Source of the DNA: Bacteriovoracia bacterium
GTDB taxonomy: Bacteria; Bdellovibrionota; UBA1018; JBFWNL01
Reading direction: 5' to 3'
Assembly: GCA_050251055.1 (NCBI GenBank)
Contig: JBFWNL010000004.1
Span: forward strand, 299,240-363,239
DNA length: 64,000 nt
Positions 24,121 to 33,025 of the stretch are shown piece after piece (the stretch's first letter is position 1; each line of letters starts with the position of its first letter). The notes under the pieces are model-generated. The model was not told where the DNA came from, did no database searches, and saw only the letters and a list, made by a program, of their open reading frames with translations. The translations under genes were made by a program, and so were the position numbers.

Positions 24121-25278
24121 ATGATTCGTAACTGGCCAGAAACCGATGAGTCTTTGAAGATGTTGATGGAGCAGGTGGCGGAGTTCGCGCAGAAGGAGAT
24201 TGCGCCGCAAGCCCCGAAGTTTGATCAAACCGGGGAGTTTCCCCGCGAGGTGATCGGCCAGATGGCCCAGCTAGGGCTGATGGGGATGATGGTACCTGAG
24301 CAGTGGGGCGGGTCCGATATGAACACCGTCGCTTACGCAATGGCGATGGAAGAGGTGGCGTCAGCCTGCGCGTCTACCGCGGTCGTGATGTCGGTGAATA
24401 ACTCGCTCGTCTGTGCGCCGATCTTGAAGTTCGGCAACGAAAAGCAGAAGAAAGAAATCCTCACGCCGCTCGCGAAGGGCGAAAAGGTGGGGTGCTTCGC
24501 GCTCTCCGAGCCGGGGCACGGATCCGATCCCGCGGGGTTGAAGCTTTCGGCAAAGAAGACCGATGGCGGTTATATCCTAAAGGGCACGAAGAACTGGATC
24601 ACGAACGGGAAGGAAGCGGACGTTTGCCTGGTTTTCGCCACGCTTGATCCCGCCCTGCGTAGTAAAGGGATTTGCGCTTTCTTGGTCGATACCCAGAGCA
24701 AAGGCTTTCAGGTGGCGAAGTTGGAAGATAAGCTGGGTATTCGCGCTTCCTCCACGGCCCAGCTTTTCTTCGACGACGTGTTTGTGCCATCGGACCGCCT
24801 GCTCGGCGAAGAAGGCCAAGGGTTCAAGGTCGCCATGACGACGTTGGATGGGGGCCGCATCGGCATCGCCGCGCAGGCTTTGGGCATCGCCCGCTGCGCG
24901 TTGGATGCTTCCCGTAAGTTCGCCTCCGAGCGCGAACAATTCGGCGCGCCTATCGCCAAGCTGCAAGCTATCCAATTTCACATCGCCGATATGGCCACCC
25001 GTCTGCAGGCCGCGCGCCTGCTTACGTGGAATGCCGCCCGTTTAAAAGATAGCGGCGAGAATTTCACGAAGGCCGCGGCGATGGCGAAGCTCTCGGCTTC
25101 CGAAGCCGCGATGTGGATCGCCACCAAGGCCATCCAGGTTCACGGCGGTTACGGTTACACCACCGAGTACGTGGTGGAGCGCAACTTCCGCGACGCTAAG
25201 ATCACCGAGATCTACGAAGGCACTTCCGAGATCCAACGTCTTGTGATCGCTAGCCAGGAGTTCGCGGATGTCCGGTAA
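24121..25278 (+). CDS. Short-chain (butyryl-type) acyl-CoA dehydrogenase
   Basis: [40 protein letters not shown]. Confidence 0.92.
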   Translation: MIRNWPETDESLKMLMEQVAEFAQKEIAPQAPKFDQTGEFPREVIGQMAQLGLMGMMVPEQWGGSDMNTVAYAMAMEEVASACASTAVVMSVNNSLVCAPILKFGNEKQKKEILTPLAKGEKVGCFALSEPGHGSDPAGLKLSAKKTDGGYILKGTKNWITNGKEADVCLVFATLDPALRSKGICAFLVDTQSKGFQVAKLEDKLGIRASSTAQLFFDDVFVPSDRLLGEEGQGFKVAMTTLDGGRIGIAAQALGIARCALDASRKFASEREQFGAPIAKLQAIQFHIADMATRLQAARLLTWNAARLKDSGENFTKAAAMAKLSASEAAMWIATKAIQVHGGYGYTTEYVVERNFRDAKITEIYEGTSEIQRLVIASQEFADVR

Positions 25279-26947
25279 AGAAAAAGATCTAAAAAGCGCC
25301 CACGCGGATTGGGAGACAAAGCTTGGGGAGATCGAGAAACGCTTTCCGCCACGAAACGCGAAATTCACCACCCATAGCGATATGGACCTGCCGCTGCTCT
25401 CGACGCCGCTTGATCTCGAGAAAGAAGGCTTCGATTACCTGCGCGATCTGAATTTTCCGGGTGAATATCCCTATACCCGCGGCGTGCAGGCGAATCTTTA
25501 TCGCGGCAAGCTTTGGACGATGCGCCAATTCGCGGGCTTCGCCGGGGCGAAGGAAACCAATCAGCGTTTTAAGCTCTTGCTCGCGGAAGGCCAGACCGGT
25601 CTTTCGACCGCGTTCGATATGCCCACGTTGATGGGTTACGACGCCGATAGCCCTCTGGGGAAAGGCGAGGTCGGCAAGTGCGGCGTATCCGTGTGCTCGC
25701 TCGAAGACATGGAAGAGCTTTATGCGGGCATTCCGCTGGGTGAAGTGACGACCTCGATGACGATCAACGGGCCCGCCGCCGTCTTATTGGGGATGTACTT
25801 CGCGGTTGCGGAAAAACAGGGGGTTCCGAAGGCGAAGGTCCGCGGCACGCTTCAGAATGACATTTTAAAGGAATACATCGCGCAGAAGGAATGGCTCTTC
25901 CCGGTTCCCGCGGCCGTGGAGCTCGTGATCGATACCATCGAGTATTGTACGAAGCACTACCCCAATTGGAACACGGTCAGCATCAGCGGCTACCACATCC
26001 GCGAGGCGGGCGCGACCGCCGTGCAGGAGCTCGCCTTTACGATCGCCGATGGGCTCGCTTACGTCGATCAAAGTCTTAAGCGCGGCATGAAGATCGATGA
26101 CTTCGCCCCGCGCCTTTCGTTCTTCTTTGATGTGCATAACGATTTTTACGAAGAGATCGCCAAGTTCCGCGCCGCCCGCCGGATGTGGGCAAAGCTGATG
26201 CGTGAGCGTTACGGCGCGAAGGACCCGAAATCGTGGATGTTGCGCACGCACGCCCAGACCGCGGGCGTTTCGCTTACGGCGCAGCAACCTTACAACAATA
26301 TCGTCCGCGTCGCGATCCAAGCCTTGGCGGGCGTGCTCGGCGGCACGAATTCGCTCCACACGAACAGCATGGATGAGACGTTGGCGTTACCCACCGACGA
26401 GGCGGTCATGATTGCATTGCGCACGCAGCAGATCATCGCCGAGGAAAGCGGGGTGGCCAACGTGGTGGACCCCTTCGGGGGATCCTACTTCATGGAGTCG
26501 CTCACGAATCGCGTCGAGCGCGAGGCGATGGAGTACATCCGTAAAATTGATGACCTGGGTGGCATGGTGAAGGCGGTCGAGCGCGGTTTCCCGCAGGCGG
26601 AAATCGCCAATAGCGCTTACCATTACCAGCGCATGGTCGAGAAGAAAGAGAAGATCATCGTCGGCGTGAATAAATTCCAGGTGAAGGAAGCCAAGCGAAC
26701 GGTGGAGACGCTCTACATCGATCGGTCACTGGAAAAAAACCGCCACGAGCAGCTGCGTGCCTTACGCGCAAAGCGTCCGGCGGCGCCCCACCAGGCCGCG
26801 ATGCGCCGGATCCGTGAGCAGGCCCAGGCCGGCAAAAACATGATGGAGCCTATCATCGACGCCGTGAAAGCGTATGCGACGTTGCAGGAAATTTGCGACG
26901 AAATGCGCGGAGTATACGGGATTTACCGCGAAGCGGGGAGCTTCTAA
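25268..26947 (+). CDS. icmA: B12-dependent acyl-CoA mutase large subunit, isobutyryl-CoA mutase type
   Basis: WTMRQFAGF (Phe where methylmalonyl-CoA mutase has Tyr89), KEYIAQKEW (Gln where it has Arg207), SISGYHIRE. Family is certain; substrate is inferred. Confidence 0.78.
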   Translation: MSGKEKDLKSAHADWETKLGEIEKRFPPRNAKFTTHSDMDLPLLSTPLDLEKEGFDYLRDLNFPGEYPYTRGVQANLYRGKLWTMRQFAGFAGAKETNQRFKLLLAEGQTGLSTAFDMPTLMGYDADSPLGKGEVGKCGVSVCSLEDMEELYAGIPLGEVTTSMTINGPAAVLLGMYFAVAEKQGVPKAKVRGTLQNDILKEYIAQKEWLFPVPAAVELVIDTIEYCTKHYPNWNTVSISGYHIREAGATAVQELAFTIADGLAYVDQSLKRGMKIDDFAPRLSFFFDVHNDFYEEIAKFRAARRMWAKLMRERYGAKDPKSWMLRTHAQTAGVSLTAQQPYNNIVRVAIQALAGVLGGTNSLHTNSMDETLALPTDEAVMIALRTQQIIAEESGVANVVDPFGGSYFMESLTNRVEREAMEYIRKIDDLGGMVKAVERGFPQAEIANSAYHYQRMVEKKEKIIVGVNKFQVKEAKRTVETLYIDRSLEKNRHEQLRALRAKRPAAPHQAAMRRIREQAQAGKNMMEPIIDAVKAYATLQEICDEMRGVYGIYREAGSF

Positions 26948-26949
26948 GC

Positions 26950-27387
26950 ATGACCGGAAAGTCGGAACGTCAAGTCAGCCGCCCGGCCGATCGAAAGATC
27001 CGGGTACTCGTAGCTAAGCCGGGACTGGATGGCCATGATCGCGGCGCGAAGGTGATCGCGCGTGCGCTGCGGGACGCGGGCTTCGAGGTGATCTACACGG
27101 GGGTGCACCAAACTCCGGAGATGATCGTCAGCGCCGCCGTCGAGGAAGACGTGCACGTCGTGGGCGTGAGCATTCTGTCGGGCGCGCACAACGCCGTGGT
27201 CCCGGAAATTATCGAGGGCGTGAAAAAGGAAGGCCTTACCGACGCGCTCTTTCTGGTGGGCGGGATCATTCCCGATGAAGACATGGATTTTTTGAAAAAG
27301 GTCGGCGTGCAAATGGTTTTCACGCCCGGCGCGTCGCTAGGCGACATCATCGATTACATTCGTAAGAATGCGCCTGTTCGAGAATAA
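26950..27387 (+). CDS. icmB: Acyl-CoA mutase small, cobalamin-binding subunit
   Basis: KPGLDGHDRG (DxHxxG), SILSG, GGIIP. Confidence 0.85.
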   Translation: MTGKSERQVSRPADRKIRVLVAKPGLDGHDRGAKVIARALRDAGFEVIYTGVHQTPEMIVSAAVEEDVHVVGVSILSGAHNAVVPEIIEGVKKEGLTDALFLVGGIIPDEDMDFLKKVGVQMVFTPGASLGDIIDYIRKNAPVRE

Positions 27388-28534
27388 ATCCGCCCAGACC
27401 GTGCTCGGTCTTTTGCTAACCCTGCTGGCTATCGTCCTTGTCCGCCACACAATCTCCCAAGGCCAGGATTTCGACGTGTTTTGGCGGACCGCGCGTTATG
27501 TTCTCGACGGCCAAACCACTTATTCCGTCCAGCGCGACTGGGCCAATGTCTACAAGTACCCGCCTTGGAGCGTGCCGGCTTTTTTCCCGTTTGCGATGGC
27601 GCCGCTTTGGTTCGCCAAGTGGGTGTGGGCGCTCTTGCAGGTGGCGTCGCTGTTTTACGTGGGTCGCTTCCTGGCGAATCGCGTGCGTCGCCGTCGCAGC
27701 GTATTCATTCCGCTGCTCCTTTTTTGGGGAATTTGGGTGGTGCACGCGCTCGACGGCCAAGTTAATTTGATGATGTTGGCGGGCGCGTTGTGGGCGAGCG
27801 AGCGCTTCGCCCGCGTGTCGGTGATTCAAGCCCCGAGTATAGTTTGGTTTCTTAGTTTGAAGATTTTTACCGGCCTGGGAGTTGTCGGGTACCTCGGGGT
27901 ATTTAGAAACTGGAAAGCATGGGCATCGACGGTTTTGGTGTTAGGTGGGCTATCGTTGCCCTCGCTCTGGGTTGCTCCTCGCCATAGCCCGGCGGAGCTT
28001 CTCGCCTCCTGGTCGCTTGCCGCCAGTTCGGCGGGGGCGCTCTTTCACAATGAAAAGGTGAGGGGGAGAGATAATCAGGGTTTACCCGCCCTAGTCCTGC
28101 GCGTGGCCAAGGTTCCCGCGATTGAGCACCGTACGGACGTTTACATCGCGGCGGGTTTGGCATTGCTCTTAGGGCTGGCGTGGTTCTTTTATTCGCAGGG
28201 AGCGCGTCCGCTGGTTCGGCAAGCGGGTTGGTTGGCGCTGATCCCGGTCGTGCATCCGCTGGCATGGTTTCATCTTTTCGTGTTCGCGTTTCCTATCGTG
28301 GTTTTAGCCTGGGATGGCGCGATCGCGATGCGGCGCCAGGGTTGGTTGGCGCTGGTATTATTGGCCACGCTACTCATTGCGGCATTTACCCAGAAGACTT
28401 TGGGCGCATTCGGTTTGGCGTTGGAGATGGCGTCGGTGAAGTCATGGGGTGTGTTGCTAGCGATGTTTTTGGCCCCCCATCTCTTTAAAGCCGGACGCGT
28501 GACTTCGGCGGGCCTTGCTCCTTATCGGGTTTGA
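27368..28534 (+). CDS. GT-C membrane glycosyltransferase, family 87/DUF2029-like
   Basis: Multi-TM protein with QDFDVF, YKYPP, GQVN, DNQG, PLAWFH motifs. Confidence 0.75.
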   Translation: MRLFENKSAQTVLGLLLTLLAIVLVRHTISQGQDFDVFWRTARYVLDGQTTYSVQRDWANVYKYPPWSVPAFFPFAMAPLWFAKWVWALLQVASLFYVGRFLANRVRRRRSVFIPLLLFWGIWVVHALDGQVNLMMLAGALWASERFARVSVIQAPSIVWFLSLKIFTGLGVVGYLGVFRNWKAWASTVLVLGGLSLPSLWVAPRHSPAELLASWSLAASSAGALFHNEKVRGRDNQGLPALVLRVAKVPAIEHRTDVYIAAGLALLLGLAWFFYSQGARPLVRQAGWLALIPVVHPLAWFHLFVFAFPIVVLAWDGAIAMRRQGWLALVLLATLLIAAFTQKTLGAFGLALEMASVKSWGVLLAMFLAPHLFKAGRVTSAGLAPYRV

Positions 28535-28576
28535 CGGCCGTCGGCCGTGTGCTAAAGGTAAAACTTCTTCTCGGAT

Positions 28577-28653
28577 GCGGGTGTAGCTCAGTTGGCTAGA
28601 GCGCGAGCTTCCCAAGCTCGAGGTCGAGGGTTCGAGCCCCTTCGCCCGCTCCA
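28577..28653 (+). tRNA. tRNA-Gly (anticodon CCC)
   Basis: Acceptor GCGGGTG/CGCCCGC, D arm AGCTCAGTTGGCTAGAGC, anticodon arm CGAGC-TTCCCAA-GCTCG, GGTTCGA T loop, encoded CCA. TTGACG...TGCTAAAG promoter-like sequence upstream. Confidence 0.96.
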
Positions 28654-28743
28654 TAATCATCATTCATTTTACAAAGCGGCATTGTAGTTGAATCGTGCAT
28701 TGAGATTCACAGATGCGAAGGGCTCGAAGCGAAGGAGCGACCT

Positions 28744-29649
28744 TCATCGCTTTTCTTTAGACTCGCCCTTTTCCTGAGATCCCTCACCCTCTTTGGGAGG
28801 GTCTGGGGTTGGAGTGGGGAATGGATTCGGAGTCGGATTCTTGGTATCGGGGTTTTCCCCCAATCGGACCGCGGCTTCCGTGCAGAGAGTTTCTACCAGC
28901 GTTTGATTTTTTTCCACTTCCCGGCCTTGGGGATCGAGAATGCCGCTGCAAGTAAGAGGTTTCAGACCTTGGCGAAGCGTGCCGATCGAATTCAAAATGG
29001 CATCGAAGTCGAGCGGTAAAATCGACATCTTGCGCACGAAGTTGTCGACGTTCAGCACGAGATCCAATCCTTGGGTCTCTTGAGTGATGTCGAAGTCGCC
29101 GATAAAGCGAAGCTGATAAGGCTGGGGAGTCGCATTCCAACCCAAAGCGTTATGAATAAATACGGAAGTGTTCACCCACATATATCCTGGGCAAAAGCTG
29201 TGACGGGTCTGCAGGATAAGTCCACCGTAGAGTCCTTCGGGAAGCGAGATGGTAGAAAGGGAAGTCAGACCCATGCCGATGTAGCCGGGGCCATCTCCGT
29301 TCCCGAAAACCGTGTCGTCAGGAGCTGCGACTGTAGTGGTTTGTGGGCCTCGTTCCTTCGGGTACCCGTTTGAGTTCGGAAGCGAGTAACGAGGGGTTTC
29401 TGTGCCAGCGCGTGGAATGGCGGTGATGCTCTCGATGCACGCGCTGAAGTGATACACACCATTTTCAATCGTGCGCTCGTAGTAAAGGTTGGCCTTTTTG
29501 AAGTCGTGAGAATTTTCCGGATTTCCGATTTTGGTGCCGCCGCCAGACACGCTTGCCGTAGAAGAGTCGCTGCTGCCACCGACCGCGCAGGATGACATGG
29601 CTGCGATCAGCAAGACGACGCTGAAATTGGCTAAAATCCCCAGTTTCAA
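28744..29649 (-). CDS. Hypothetical lipoprotein with a GTKIGNP motif and a Pro-rich charged tail
   Basis: Signal peptide and lipobox MSSC, Ser/Gly linker, then GGGTKIGNP. GCTATAAT upstream on the minus strand. Confidence 0.75.
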   Translation of the reverse strand: MKLGILANFSVVLLIAAMSSCAVGGSSDSSTASVSGGGTKIGNPENSHDFKKANLYYERTIENGVYHFSACIESITAIPRAGTETPRYSLPNSNGYPKERGPQTTTVAAPDDTVFGNGDGPGYIGMGLTSLSTISLPEGLYGGLILQTRHSFCPGYMWVNTSVFIHNALGWNATPQPYQLRFIGDFDITQETQGLDLVLNVDNFVRKMSILPLDFDAILNSIGTLRQGLKPLTCSGILDPQGREVEKNQTLVETLCTEAAVRLGENPDTKNPTPNPFPTPTPDPPKEGEGSQEKGESKEKR

Positions 29650-29748
29650 GAATGGCCCCCAAAAAAGATCTGCGTAGCTCTATTATAGCGCAGTGCGTTT
29701 TAAAAATTGTTAAGACGAGATAAATAATTATTTAATAAATACATATAG

Positions 29749-30561
29749 TTAAGCGGATTCCCGAGCCATCGGGATGGCGGCCAAGGTCACGTAATAGACC
29801 GAGTCGCGGGCGGGGTTTTTCTGGGTGAGGTCGTAGATTTTAGCCATGGTTTCTTCAATGAGGGTGCGTACCTCGTGGAAGGTCTTTTGATCCATGCCGA
29901 TGGAAAAGCCTAGAATGTGACGATGTTCGCGGTCGACGCGTTGAATGGATTCAGCGACCAAATCGAGCATCGATTTGTGGTATTCCGCCATCGCGACCCG
30001 GTAAACCTCGGCGTCGCATTCGATGAGTTTGCTAGAGGGTTGCGTCTTTTCGATGTAACCGTGATCGACCAAAAACTGCACGGCTTTCTTGATTTCGATG
30101 AGCGGCACGGGATACACCAACCGTTTTTGAATCCACTCCGGATCTAGCTGAAAATGGCTCATTCCAGACATTTCGCGAATCGCGACGTAAAACCAGCGGG
30201 AGAGGTAGCGATAGACTTCGAACTCTTTTGGATTTAGGCGGCGGTAGGTGGCGAAGTTCTGAATTGTTTGGAAAGCTTCGCGACGCGCTTTGGTGTCCCG
30301 TGATTTCGTGATCGTGCGCAATGAGCGAAAGAAATTCGCCTCCGCCGGGGAGAGATCCATCAGCGGAATTAGCTTTTCGAGCGCCTTTTGAGTGAGGGAG
30401 CGCGCGCCTTTTATGACGAGGGGAAGGTGGGCTGGCGTCAGCCCCGCCGATTTCGCGAGGGCGCGTTGAGAGAATTTGGGCTGCGCCCCCCTTTGAAAAG
30501 CGAGCCAATCCTTTAGGAAGGCCACGGGATCATTATATTGGTGAATATCAGGGCGATTCAT
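29749..30561 (-). CDS. TIGR02147/DUF4423-like protein with N-terminal HTH, putative regulator
   Basis: FSQRALAKSAGL..PAHL..VIKG.R.L HTH, WFYVAIREM, WIQKRL, YH..M, C-terminal VY.V.L...P pattern. Confidence 0.8.
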   Translation of the reverse strand: MNRPDIHQYNDPVAFLKDWLAFQRGAQPKFSQRALAKSAGLTPAHLPLVIKGARSLTQKALEKLIPLMDLSPAEANFFRSLRTITKSRDTKARREAFQTIQNFATYRRLNPKEFEVYRYLSRWFYVAIREMSGMSHFQLDPEWIQKRLVYPVPLIEIKKAVQFLVDHGYIEKTQPSSKLIECDAEVYRVAMAEYHKSMLDLVAESIQRVDREHRHILGFSIGMDQKTFHEVRTLIEETMAKIYDLTQKNPARDSVYYVTLAAIPMARESA

Positions 30562-30566
30562 AAAGT

Positions 30567-30721
30567 GATTACATTTGATAATAATCTATGTGTAATCGGG
30601 GTGGAATATAATATTTAATTATATGATTTTATTATATAAACAATTGAAAATACATGCAGTACGATTACATTTATAAAAATATTATTTGACTATGATGCTA
30701 TGTGTTGGTAATCTGGTTACA
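30567..30721. promoter_or_regulatory. AT-rich divergent promoter region with GATTACA/TGTAATC repeats
   Basis: GATTACA 30567-73 and TGTAATC 30591-97 (inverted, 17 bp spacer); GATTACA 30663-69; GTAATCTGGTTAC 30708-20. Confidence 0.55.
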
Positions 30722-31141
30722 GAAGCGCAGGACACCGAGGGTATACGGAAAATGCGCGGACGAGTCACTTAGCATCATTCGGGGTTGATCTGGGTAAGTG
30801 GGATTCGGGGTGGGTATTTTTTTGGGGGCCATACGATGAGTACGAAAGTTTCCGTCACGAAAATTAACGTTACTTCCAATCAAGCGCGCGTGAACGCGCG
30901 ATTCATTCAACTTGAGCAACGCAAGTTGCTTAAGCGACTTACGGCATAAGGCTTCGGGGGCACCGAATAGAGGGGGCGCCCGGTTCGCCGGGGCCCTCTC
31001 AAAAAAAGTTTTTCAATTGTCCGATGGAAAGGCGGCCGCCAGCCCGGCCCAATCCCTGTTTAACCATGGGTTGGCGGTCGTTCTCCGGACTCAGTTTTCT
31101 ATTCGCTTAACTTTACTATCAATAACTTGGGGGTCATCTAG

Positions 31142-31885
31142 ATGAAGGGTGTGTCGTCGTTTTTCTTGGCGATCGTAGCGGTAGTTGGGTCGCTGCAAGT
31201 AAGTCCGGTGTACGCAGCGACCTCAGGGTCCAAAGAGGTGGCAGATGGGGACACTCGTCCGGGAGAAAACCCTTGGCGGGACCGGATGCCGCCGCGAGAG
31301 CTTCCACCGAATCCCGAACAGTATCCAGGTTTGCTCAACCCAGATTTTAAGCCTCAGTGTTCATGGGAAATGGGACGCTATGTTTGTGCGGACTATGCTT
31401 ATGACTACTGCAAGCAGTTCATTCCCCAAACAAATTGTTTTTACCTGGATGTACGGAGCGCGCCGCTACCACTATTCTGGCACGCGATTAACTTGATTCG
31501 AGTGGATCTCGGCGATGGCAACTATATGTACTGCGCCGTGGAGCCGCAGGACGGGAAGGTGGTGCCGGGCTCTTGTTTTGTCAAACGCAAAGACTGGAAT
31601 CCCCGTGGTTTTGATGTTCCGTTTCCGCGCGAGTTTTATCGCGCACTCTGTGAGTATTACGAAAGCTGGGGCATGGGTTGTTCGTTTCTTCCGAACGTGG
31701 AGCCGTACCCGATCGACGAAGTTCCGGGCTGGATGCTTCACCGATGCTGTGGGGGATGGCGTGACGATTGGGAAGGTTGTGTAGGAATCTGCCCGAAAGA
31801 GGAAGTGAAACCTACCCAACCGACTGAACCGGCCACTAAGCCCGGAAGCAAGCCGGAACCGAACGACCCCCATATCGACCGCTGA
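31142..31885 (+). CDS. Secreted Cys-rich protein, candidate papain/transglutaminase-like cysteine peptidase
   Basis: Signal peptide ending VYA; motifs VCADYA, WHAINL, VEPQDG; 12 Cys; Pro-rich C tail. Confidence 0.65.
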   Translation: MKGVSSFFLAIVAVVGSLQVSPVYAATSGSKEVADGDTRPGENPWRDRMPPRELPPNPEQYPGLLNPDFKPQCSWEMGRYVCADYAYDYCKQFIPQTNCFYLDVRSAPLPLFWHAINLIRVDLGDGNYMYCAVEPQDGKVVPGSCFVKRKDWNPRGFDVPFPREFYRALCEYYESWGMGCSFLPNVEPYPIDEVPGWMLHRCCGGWRDDWEGCVGICPKEEVKPTQPTEPATKPGSKPEPNDPHIDR

Positions 31886-31960
31886 GCTGCGCGCTTTCCT
31901 TCTGGGCGGTAACCGTCGAAAAAGTTAGGAGCAAAATGACCACGGAAGGTCTAACTTAAT

Positions 31961-32962
31961 TCAAGGCGTCGTTCGAAAGAGTTCCACGGGAACTTGCGCA
32001 CGAAAAAGTCGGCTCGGCCGCGCAGGATCGTCGGCGTCTTCTACTAAGAGCAGCTCAAATCCCTTATCGGTTTCGGTCGCATGCAAACCTTCCAGCTTCA
32101 CCACGCGATCAAACACGCCAATAGTGATCGCCTCTTTTCCGCGCACCCAAAGGAGCGCGGATCCGCCGAGCTCTCCGTCATCGTAGGCATTTTTGGAAGC
32201 TTCCGCGGAGGCGACCGACAGGACACCGTACTTCGTCGTTACGGCATCGGCGAAGGCGAGAGGAATTCCCTTTAGCTCGCCCATTTTCACTTTTTGAAAA
32301 CTCGGTTTTACTTTCCACTCCCCTTTTTTTAACCCATGCAGCCAGGCGATGAGCGGGAGCTCGAAATATCCGTTGCGCCCGTCCTGGGAGTTGCCGCGCT
32401 GAAAGAGTTGAAGCATGCCGTTTTGGATCGCCAAGCCTTCCAGATTGAGCTCGCCGGCATCCTTCTCCATGAGCTTGCGCAGAGGATCGATACTGACGAC
32501 GATAGGTTTGTCCTGCGCGTCTCCGGCGGCGAAGGGGACGACGATCGCTTGTATGCGATTGGGTTTGGAGGCCGACGGCCAGGCGACGAGCGCGCCATAC
32601 GGTGGCCATTGGTTTGGCGTGAGCGCGAGGAGGGACTCGAAGTCGGGCTTGGCTTTTTTTCGGGCTTTTGGATCGGCGGGAAGCTTTCCGGGTAGGAGCG
32701 CGTGCGGGGTGACGTATTCGTCCGCGTCCCGGAAGGAGAATAGCGAGAGCTCATCGTCCGCGATGAGAAACGTTCGATCGCCTACTTTCACTAGGCCGCT
32801 GGCGGCGCTTACATGGGAGCCACGGCCTGCTTCCAAGGGAGCCTTTAATTTCAATTCACGAACGGGGGTGAGAGGGATCGTCGGGATATCGGGGGAAGAA
32901 CTCCGCGACCCAGTCCCGGCTATCCCGGTGATGGAAAGTAAAAGGAGGGTGAAAAGCGGCAT
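31961..32962 (-). CDS. Secreted protein, probable beta-propeller (DUF6929/DUF3616-like)
   Basis: [38 protein letters not shown]. Confidence 0.6.
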   Translation of the reverse strand: MPLFTLLLLSITGIAGTGSRSSSPDIPTIPLTPVRELKLKAPLEAGRGSHVSAASGLVKVGDRTFLIADDELSLFSFRDADEYVTPHALLPGKLPADPKARKKAKPDFESLLALTPNQWPPYGALVAWPSASKPNRIQAIVVPFAAGDAQDKPIVVSIDPLRKLMEKDAGELNLEGLAIQNGMLQLFQRGNSQDGRNGYFELPLIAWLHGLKKGEWKVKPSFQKVKMGELKGIPLAFADAVTTKYGVLSVASAEASKNAYDDGELGGSALLWVRGKEAITIGVFDRVVKLEGLHATETDKGFELLLVEDADDPARPSRLFRAQVPVELFRTTP

Positions 32963-33025
32963 GTCCTGACTATACCCAAGTCGGGGAGTTGTGTCTTGTG
33001 GCCCGGGGTGCTAATCCGGGGTTCC

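Noticed and set aside
25268-26947. Methylmalonyl-CoA mutase annotation
   Set aside because: The Tyr89 and Arg207 equivalents are Phe and Gln, and no epimerase or carboxylase is in the cluster.
30698-31145. Small ORFs 30698-30919 (minus) and 30912-31145 (plus)
   Set aside because: Weak starts, no RBS and no motifs; the PTPNP resemblance to the lipoprotein tail is too short to support.
28577-33025. Prophage or integrative element at tRNA-Gly
   Set aside because: No integrase, no phage genes, and I saw no duplicate of the tRNA 3' end.
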